Source: Bacilli bacterium
Lineage (GTDB): Bacteria; Bacillota_I; Bacilli_A; RFN20; CAG-826
Length of the DNA stretch: 64,000 nt
Assembly (NCBI GenBank): GCA_045628045.1
Contig: JAZQOV010000001.1
Coordinates: 64,001-128,000 of the forward strand
Reading direction: 5' to 3'
The notes under the pieces: generated by a model
The model's input: the letters and a program-made list of their open reading frames with translations, nothing else
Told to the model about the DNA's origin: nothing
Databases searched by the model: none
Made by a program: the position numbers and the translations under genes
Shown: in pieces, positions 58,277 to 64,000 of the stretch
Layout: the number at the start of each line of letters is the position of its first letter
How positions within the stretch are numbered: the first letter of the stretch is position 1

Positions 58277-59094
58277 TATCTTTTTACCTTCTTGAATTTT
58301 AATGCGATATCAAGTGGAACGAATTCAAAATCGTTTTCGCAAGTAAGTTTAACGTGTCTTGAAAAGACGTTATATGATGTAACTTTCCAAAGTTTTCCGT
58401 CTTCTCTTTCATAAACAGTGCCTAGAGGTGGGAAATCTTTCTTTAAATCTGTATAAGCATCATCTTCATAAAGAAGACAACAAATAAGTTTGCCACAATG
58501 GCCACTTAATTTTGGAATATTTAATGAAAGCATTTGGTTTTTTGCTCTATTTATAGAGACGCCTTCCATGTTGGCTGAAAATTGTTTGCAGCAAAGAGGA
58601 AGACCGCAAAGGCCAATTCCACCAACCATTTTTGCTTTATCTCTAGGGCCAACTTGTCTAAGTTCGATTCTACAATGGAATTTTGATGCAAGAACTTTTA
58701 ATAATTCTCTGAAATCAACTCTTTCTTCAGCAACATATGTGATTGTGACTTTAGAACCATCGAGTGCAAATTCAGCATCTATTGGATTCATTTCGAGTCC
58801 AAGCTTTTCAATTTCCACACATGTCTCTTTGAGAGCTTGTTTTTTACGTTTTTGGTTTGCTTCAAAAAGTAATTTATCATCTTCTGTAGCAATTCTTGTA
58901 ATTGGTTTTAATTCAAGCGAGCTTTTATAAGCACTTATATCAAAAACTGGTGTTGCGACTTCACCTAATTGAAGGCCTCTAACAGATTCTGCAACTATAA
59001 GTTGCCCCATTTTTAAATCGGCAATGTCGGTGCCAAAGAAATATGCCTTACCTGAGTTGGAAAATTTAATACCTACATAATATCTAACACCCAT
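58276..59094 (-). CDS. ricT: RicT/YaaT (PSP1 domain) Fe-S protein
   Basis: RVDFRELLK, RIELRQVG.RD, GGIG.CG..LCC, SG.CGKL.CCL.YE. Confidence 0.92.
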   Translation of the reverse strand: MGVRYYVGIKFSNSGKAYFFGTDIADLKMGQLIVAESVRGLQLGEVATPVFDISAYKSSLELKPITRIATEDDKLLFEANQKRKKQALKETCVEIEKLGLEMNPIDAEFALDGSKVTITYVAEERVDFRELLKVLASKFHCRIELRQVGPRDKAKMVGGIGLCGLPLCCKQFSANMEGVSINRAKNQMLSLNIPKLSGHCGKLICCLLYEDDAYTDLKKDFPPLGTVYEREDGKLWKVTSYNVFSRHVKLTCENDFEFVPLDIALKFKKVKR

Positions 59095-59095
59095 C

Positions 59096-60079
59096 TTATT
59101 TTCCTCCTTTTGTAATCGAATATATGATGTGGTCTAACAAGAGACCAATATTTACGTTGTAGTCGAACTTTTTAAGTGATGACATAAGAACAATAATTGA
59201 CTTGTCTATGTTAGTCACATGATTTAAGAGTTCATGTAATATATTATCATAACTTTTCAATGTTATGGATTTGTTTACTTGTATATTAAGCAATTCTTTA
59301 AAAATTTCAGTGAGCATTTTGATGTAGAGTTTTGCGACACTTGCTTGTTTCATTTCTGGAATGATTAATCGTTGGCAAGTAAACACTGCATTCTCAGGTG
59401 AAATAAGCAATGAATTAATTTGATCATCAAGTGCTTGTTTTGCAACTTGGTAATCTTTGCTTTCTGCAATTGCTTTTAGTGAATCTGCATCATTGCAAAA
59501 ACCACTTAAAATTTCAGCTTCTTCCGGTAAAACCCCGTTATTTTCCGCTTCTTTTATAATTTTGTCTCTGTCAATTTCTTTGAACCTAAGTACTTGAGTT
59601 CTAGAGATAATTGTTGGCAAAATCTTTGTTTCGTTTTCGGTTGTTAGGAATGCAAAAATGTTCTTTCCTGGTTCTTCCAAAAACTTCAATAATGAGTTAA
59701 CAGCAATCGGAGTCATTGTCTCTACAAGATGAAGGACATAAATCATAATTCCTTTTTCTTCGAGAGCGGTTTTATCAAAACTTGAAATAATTCTTTCGAT
59801 ATCACCTTTTTTAATCTTTGCATCTCCATCACCAAAAACCAATAAATCTGGGTAGTGATTTTCATCCACTCTGCAACAAGTAATACAACTGTTACAAGCA
59901 AGCGGATTTGGATTATCGCAGAGTATTGACTTTGCAAGATAAATTGCTGTTTCTTTTAGAGGCATTCCAACAGAACCGCTTAATAAATAAGCGTGTGAAA
60001 GTTTCTTTGTTTGGAGTGCATTAACAAAGGTTTTATAAATTATCGGTTGGTATTCTTCTAAATATTTATCTATTTGCAT
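59096..60079 (-). CDS. holB: DNA polymerase III delta' subunit
   Basis: SHAYLL, zinc module C..C..C, NSLLKFLEEP, LPTIISR; lies between tmk and ricT. Confidence 0.92.
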   Translation of the reverse strand: MQIDKYLEEYQPIIYKTFVNALQTKKLSHAYLLSGSVGMPLKETAIYLAKSILCDNPNPLACNSCITCCRVDENHYPDLLVFGDGDAKIKKGDIERIISSFDKTALEEKGIMIYVLHLVETMTPIAVNSLLKFLEEPGKNIFAFLTTENETKILPTIISRTQVLRFKEIDRDKIIKEAENNGVLPEEAEILSGFCNDADSLKAIAESKDYQVAKQALDDQINSLLISPENAVFTCQRLIIPEMKQASVAKLYIKMLTEIFKELLNIQVNKSITLKSYDNILHELLNHVTNIDKSIIVLMSSLKKFDYNVNIGLLLDHIIYSITKGGK

Positions 60080-60696
60080 TTCGCTATTCTACTTTTGATA
60101 GCGTTATAGGCATCTTTTACGACTTCATCAAATGGTTTTGAAGCATCTAAAACCACATATCTATCGCTAAATCTTTTGGCAAGATCTAAAAATGTCCTTC
60201 TAACACTGTCATGAAATTCAATTTTCTCTAAATCTAAACGATTTACTTCTCTATTATTATTTGCTGCTATTCTAGCAAGGCCAATGCGTGGATCAATGTC
60301 AAATAACAAAGTTAAATCAGGATAAAATCCATCAGTTGCATATTGATTAAGTGATAAAACTTTATCAATTCCAATTCCTCTAGCTCCACCTTGGTAGGCT
60401 AAAGAGGAATCTAAAAATCTATCAGAAATAACAATTTTGCCTTCTTTAGAAAGAGGCCAGACCTTTTCAACTAAATGTTGCCTTCTACTTGCAGCATAAA
60501 GCAAAGCCTCTGTTACTGGATCCATTGCAGTATTCTTTTTATCTAAGATAACATTACGAATTTCTTCTGCGATTGGAGTTCCTCCAGGTTCGCGAGTTAA
60601 AACGATGGAGTAGCCTTCTTGTTCTAGAAGTTTGGTTACTTCTTTAGTAACGGATGATTTACCACTTCCTTCTGGTCCTTCTATAGTTACAAACAT
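60070..60696 (-). CDS. tmk: Thymidylate kinase
   Basis: EGPEGSGKS, TREPGG, DRF..SS.AYQG. SD AAGGAG precedes the ATG at 60696. Confidence 0.97.
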   Translation of the reverse strand: MFVTIEGPEGSGKSSVTKEVTKLLEQEGYSIVLTREPGGTPIAEEIRNVILDKKNTAMDPVTEALLYAASRRQHLVEKVWPLSKEGKIVISDRFLDSSLAYQGGARGIGIDKVLSLNQYATDGFYPDLTLLFDIDPRIGLARIAANNNREVNRLDLEKIEFHDSVRRTFLDLAKRFSDRYVVLDASKPFDEVVKDAYNAIKSRIAKCK

Positions 60697-60706
60697 AGTT
60701 TTCTCC

Positions 60707-61303
60707 TTAAATCTTATTTCTTCCTTCAAGTGCTTTGGTCAACGTTAATGCATCTGCGTACTCAAGATGGCCGCCTAAAGGGAGCCCGTACGCGAGACGT
60801 GTAATTTTAACACCAGTACTTGCGAGTATATGCGCCAAATATAGAGCGGTTGTTTCGCCTTCAGTATTTGGATTTGTTGCAATAATAATTTCTTCAGCAT
60901 TTTGAGATTTGATTCTATCGAATAATGAGGAAATATTAAGTTTATCGATTGTAATTCCGTTCACGGAACTTAGTGCTCCACCTAGCACATGATAAACACC
61001 ATCGTAAACGCCAATTTTTTCAAATGAAATTATGTCTTTTGCGTATGAAACAACCATGATTTTTTTAAAATCTCTTGTTTTTGAACTACAAATTTCACAA
61101 AGTTCGTCTTCTGTGTATGCGCCACAAACTGGGCAATGGTGAATATTTGTTTTTACTTCGTTTAAAGCATTTGAAAACTCTTCAACAGTTTCTGGTTTCA
61201 TATCTAAAACCTGGTAAGCCATTTTTTCGGCAGTTTTATGGCCGATTCCTGGTAAACGTTGAAATGAGTTAACTAATTTTGAAATGCTGCGAAGTTCTTT
61301 CAT
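60707..61303 (-). CDS. recR: Recombination mediator RecR
   Basis: LPGIG.KTA, C4 zinc finger, YHVLGG, ATNPNTEGETTA. Confidence 0.97.
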   Translation of the reverse strand: MKELRSISKLVNSFQRLPGIGHKTAEKMAYQVLDMKPETVEEFSNALNEVKTNIHHCPVCGAYTEDELCEICSSKTRDFKKIMVVSYAKDIISFEKIGVYDGVYHVLGGALSSVNGITIDKLNISSLFDRIKSQNAEEIIIATNPNTEGETTALYLAHILASTGVKITRLAYGLPLGGHLEYADALTLTKALEGRNKI

Positions 61304-61599
61304 TAAAATAATTTTCCCGGGGCTGTCATTTTGGAATTAATAGCTTCTTCTTCAGCCCTAATTTGTTCAATAGCTTCATTGATTGCTAAAGCAATTAATT
61401 CCTCAACCATTTCTTTATTGTCAGCATCAAAAGCATCTTTATCAATATTAATTGATTTTACGGTTTTATCACCTTTCACAACTACTGTAACGGCGCCGCT
61501 TTTGCTAACTGTAAATTCTTTTTGCTCGAGTTCTGCCATTTGTTTTTGCATTTCTCTTTGCAATTTCTGCGCTTGGATTAGCATTTGTTGCATGTTCAT
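61303..61599 (-). CDS. YbaB/EbfC nucleoid-associated protein
   Basis: MNMQQM..QAQKLQ, GAVTV, E.LI..A.NEA; lies between dnaX and recR. Confidence 0.93.
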   Translation of the reverse strand: MNMQQMLIQAQKLQREMQKQMAELEQKEFTVSKSGAVTVVVKGDKTVKSINIDKDAFDADNKEMVEELIALAINEAIEQIRAEEEAINSKMTAPGKLF

Positions 61600-63350
61600 T
61601 TTCTAAAATCCTCCAAACTAAGTTTTATATCTTTTGCCAATGGCAAATGAGAGATTTGTCTTAAATTTTGATATGCTTTTAATAATCTAACTGATTCACT
61701 TCGTGAGATTGCATAGACAAACATATCCTTCCCTAACATCATTTTAATGATTTCTGAAATCTTGTTTGAATTTTCCTTTACGTTAAATTTCGTAGCAAGT
61801 TTTTCAAAGTCATATTGTAAAACAAGAACATTTTTAGCAGCGACAAAAGGAACTCCGTCTTTAAGAAGGGCAACTAAATCACCGAAACTTGGGTGGCCTA
61901 AATATGCATTTAATTCATCCCATCTAGCTGTAATGTCTCTCCTGAAATCTTTGTCGCCGAGAACCATAATCTTAATAATGGTGTCATCGTCAAGTTCATA
62001 TTTTTCGCCATCAAGAACAACTTCTTTTTTGTTTGGATCATCATCAATCAACCAATCTGGAGCCTTTGTATCGTCTTCAACGTTTTCAATGGCTTCCTCT
62101 TTAATTGGAACGACGGTTTCCACTGGTTTTTCTATGACAGGTTCTGCAACAGGCTCAACAGTTGGAGCTTGTGGTTTTTCCTCAAAAACTACCGGTTTTT
62201 CCGGAGATTCTACAGGTTTTTCTATCTTTTCTTCAACTTTGATAACAGGTTTTACTGGAGTTTCTGCTTCTTGATCATCAAACGATAAAAGTTTCAAAAG
62301 AGAAACCTCAAAAAGTGTTTTTATGTTGCTTGCATTTTTAAAATCTAATTGAAGTTTCAAGAACGTTGCAATCATTTCGTTAAGCTTTTTAAGTTGCATT
62401 ACAGCAGCGAGTGCTTCCGCATCCGCTTCGTTAAGAACACTGAGCTCGGAAGCTTCATTTGTTTTCTTGTAAATTAAAACATCTTTTAAGATTTCTAAAA
62501 CATCCTCAGAAAGTCGTTTTAAGTCTACGCCTCCTTCGGAAAATGATTTAACTCTATCAAGAGTTCTGGAAACGTCACCTTTATTAATATCTTCAATTAA
62601 ACTTAATTTTTCTTTTGTTGAAATAAGACCAAAGATAGCGTAAACATCTTCAACACATAGTGTGTTATTCGAATAGGCCAAAATTTGATCCAATATTGAT
62701 AAAGCATCACGCATTCCACCGTCTGCTAATGAAATAATTGCTCTAACAGCGTTTTTCTCATATTGAACGCCTTCTTTTTCAAGAATTGTCATCATTCTTT
62801 CTTCAATATCTGCATCACTTACTTTGGTAAAGTCATATCTTTGACATCTAGAAAGGATCGTCGGAATAATATTATGAGGTTCTGTTGTAGCAAGAATAAA
62901 AATTACGTGTGCAGGAGGTTCCTCAAGTGTTTTAAGCAAAGCGTTAAACGCATTTGCGGTCATCATATGAACTTCGTCAATAATATAAACCTTGTATCTA
63001 CCTTTAATTGGAAGATAATTGACTTTGTCAATGAGGTCTCTGACTTGTTCAACCCCGTTATTGGAGGCAGCATCGATTTCAATAACATCAGGATGTGAAC
63101 CTTCGGTTACTTCGACACAATTTGAACATTTATTACATTGCGAACCAATTCCTTCTTCGCAGTTAAGTGCTTTAGCAAATAATTTTGCCATTGTTGTTTT
63201 TCCGGTGCCTCTAGGGCCACAGAAAAGATAAGCATGTGCAATTTTGTTGTTTGCCAATGCGTTCTTTAAAGTACGAATAATGTGCTTTTGACCTGCAACT
63301 TCTTCAAATGTTTGAGGTCTATATGTTCTGTATAATGCTTTATATGCCAT
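61596..63350 (-). CDS. dnaX: DNA polymerase III gamma/tau
   Basis: MAYKALYR.YRP, GPRGTGKT, EIDAAS, DEVHM, LLKTLEEPP, SRC. Start moved to 63350. Confidence 0.97.
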   Translation of the reverse strand: MAYKALYRTYRPQTFEEVAGQKHIIRTLKNALANNKIAHAYLFCGPRGTGKTTMAKLFAKALNCEEGIGSQCNKCSNCVEVTEGSHPDVIEIDAASNNGVEQVRDLIDKVNYLPIKGRYKVYIIDEVHMMTANAFNALLKTLEEPPAHVIFILATTEPHNIIPTILSRCQRYDFTKVSDADIEERMMTILEKEGVQYEKNAVRAIISLADGGMRDALSILDQILAYSNNTLCVEDVYAIFGLISTKEKLSLIEDINKGDVSRTLDRVKSFSEGGVDLKRLSEDVLEILKDVLIYKKTNEASELSVLNEADAEALAAVMQLKKLNEMIATFLKLQLDFKNASNIKTLFEVSLLKLLSFDDQEAETPVKPVIKVEEKIEKPVESPEKPVVFEEKPQAPTVEPVAEPVIEKPVETVVPIKEEAIENVEDDTKAPDWLIDDDPNKKEVVLDGEKYELDDDTIIKIMVLGDKDFRRDITARWDELNAYLGHPSFGDLVALLKDGVPFVAAKNVLVLQYDFEKLATKFNVKENSNKISEIIKMMLGKDMFVYAISRSESVRLLKAYQNLRQISHLPLAKDIKLSLEDFRK

Positions 63351-63484
63351 AAAATTTACCGCTATTGATTTTATATCAATTATTAAATAAAGAAAAGTAA
63401 AAAGAGACAAAATTAATATAAATATTAAAAAATACATGTTTCGCTTTATCAAAACTTAAGTTTATGGTATAATTCTTGGCACTT

Positions 63485-64000
63485 ATGGAACAAAGCATGT
63501 TAAAACGTCTTGAAGCTTCTGAAATAAGACTAGCTGAAGTAGACAAAGAATTATTAGATGAAAACGTGATGAAAGATATAAAACGTTTTCGCGACCTTTC
63601 TAAAGAAAGATCTAACCTTGAACCAGTAGTTGAAGGTTATCATAAATATCTAAGAATTGCCTCTGACATTAAAGATGCCGAAGCAATGATAAATGATAAA
63701 GACCCAGAAATTGTTGAATTGGGTCATTCAGAACATAAACGTCTTCTCGAAGAGGAAGCTGTTTTATGCGATCAATTAAGAATCGAACTTCTTCCAAAAG
63801 ATCCAAATGATGACAAAAACATCATTGTTGAGATTAGAGGAGCCGTTGGTGGAGATGAGGGAAACATTTTCGCAGGCGATTTATTTAGAATGTATGTGAG
63901 ATATGCTGAAACACAAGGCTGGAAGATTCAAATGATTGATGAAAGCCCAAGTGAAGCAGGTGGCTATTCTCTTGTATCATTTATGATAAAAGGAGATAGT
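63485..64000 (+). CDS. prfA: Peptide chain release factor 1 (5' portion, runs off the window)
   Basis: Not in the ORF track. Manual translation: MEQSMLKRL...LLPKDPNDDKNIIVEIRGAVGGDEGNIFAGDLFRMY. Confidence 0.95.
   Translation, partial: MEQSMLKRLEASEIRLAEVDKELLDENVMKDIKRFRDLSKERSNLEPVVEGYHKYLRIASDIKDAEAMINDKDPEIVELGHSEHKRLLEEEAVLCDQLRIELLPKDPNDDKNIIVEIRGAVGGDEGNIFAGDLFRMYVRYAETQGWKIQMIDESPSEAGGYSLVSFMIKGDS

Noticed and set aside
58276-59094. ricT/yaaT and jag as evidence of sporulation
   Set aside because: Both are widespread RNA-metabolism proteins in non-sporulating Bacilli, and no spo genes are in the window.
62020-62036. Possible dnaX -1 frameshift site (AAAAAAG on the minus strand)
   Set aside because: The codon phase is AAC AAA AAA GAA, not A AAA AAG, and no stimulatory SD or hairpin is evident.
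1307-63231. Numerous short ORFs in the track that overlap long genes on the opposite strand or in another frame (e.g. 14052-14489, 29965-30348, 43589-44038, 58490-58930, 61747-62274)
   Set aside because: They are antisense or off-frame shadows of well-supported genes, with no recognisable motifs or ribosome-binding sites.
1-64000. UGA-as-Trp (genetic code 4), as in Mycoplasma
   Set aside because: Long ORFs are intact under code 11, Trp codons are TGG, and TGA ends pth, rnmV, yaaA, psuG, tldD and dnaX at the expected lengths.

Overview
This AT-rich window spans the replication origin of a bacterial chromosome. It uses genetic code 11: TGA acts as stop (ATGA/TTGA overlaps) and Trp is TGG. Gene content and protein styles suggest a genome-reduced member of the Bacilli (Erysipelotrichales/RFN20/RF39-like or a non-UGA mollicute relative); this placement is inference. 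The centre is rnpA-rpmH <oriC> dnaA-dnaN-yaaA-recF-gyrB-gyrA-serS, with DnaA boxes on both sides of dnaA. The left arm carries yidC-jag-mnmE-tatD-rnmV-rsmA-ispE, ppdK and pth-mfd-tilS-ftsH-dusB. The right arm carries a short SRP RNA with tadA, a P-type ATPase-psuG-TetR-M50 operon, mscL, degV, tldD/pmbA, rpmE, two lipoprotein nucleases, metG, an inverted dnaX-recR-tmk-holB-ricT-rsmI block and a partial prfA. The most notable features are: (1) a single-chain arginine decarboxylase/agmatine deiminase fusion coupled to aguB; (2) a nearby DUF1538 membrane protein with two PII-like proteins; (3) a P-type ATPase lacking the TM4 cation-binding Glu; (4) a small beta-flower-like repeat protein; (5) quinolone-resistance-type residues in both gyrase subunits; (6) several apparently leaderless genes. 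I saw no CRISPR array, tRNA, rRNA, transposase, integrase or prophage. All assignments come from reading motifs by eye; no searches were run.
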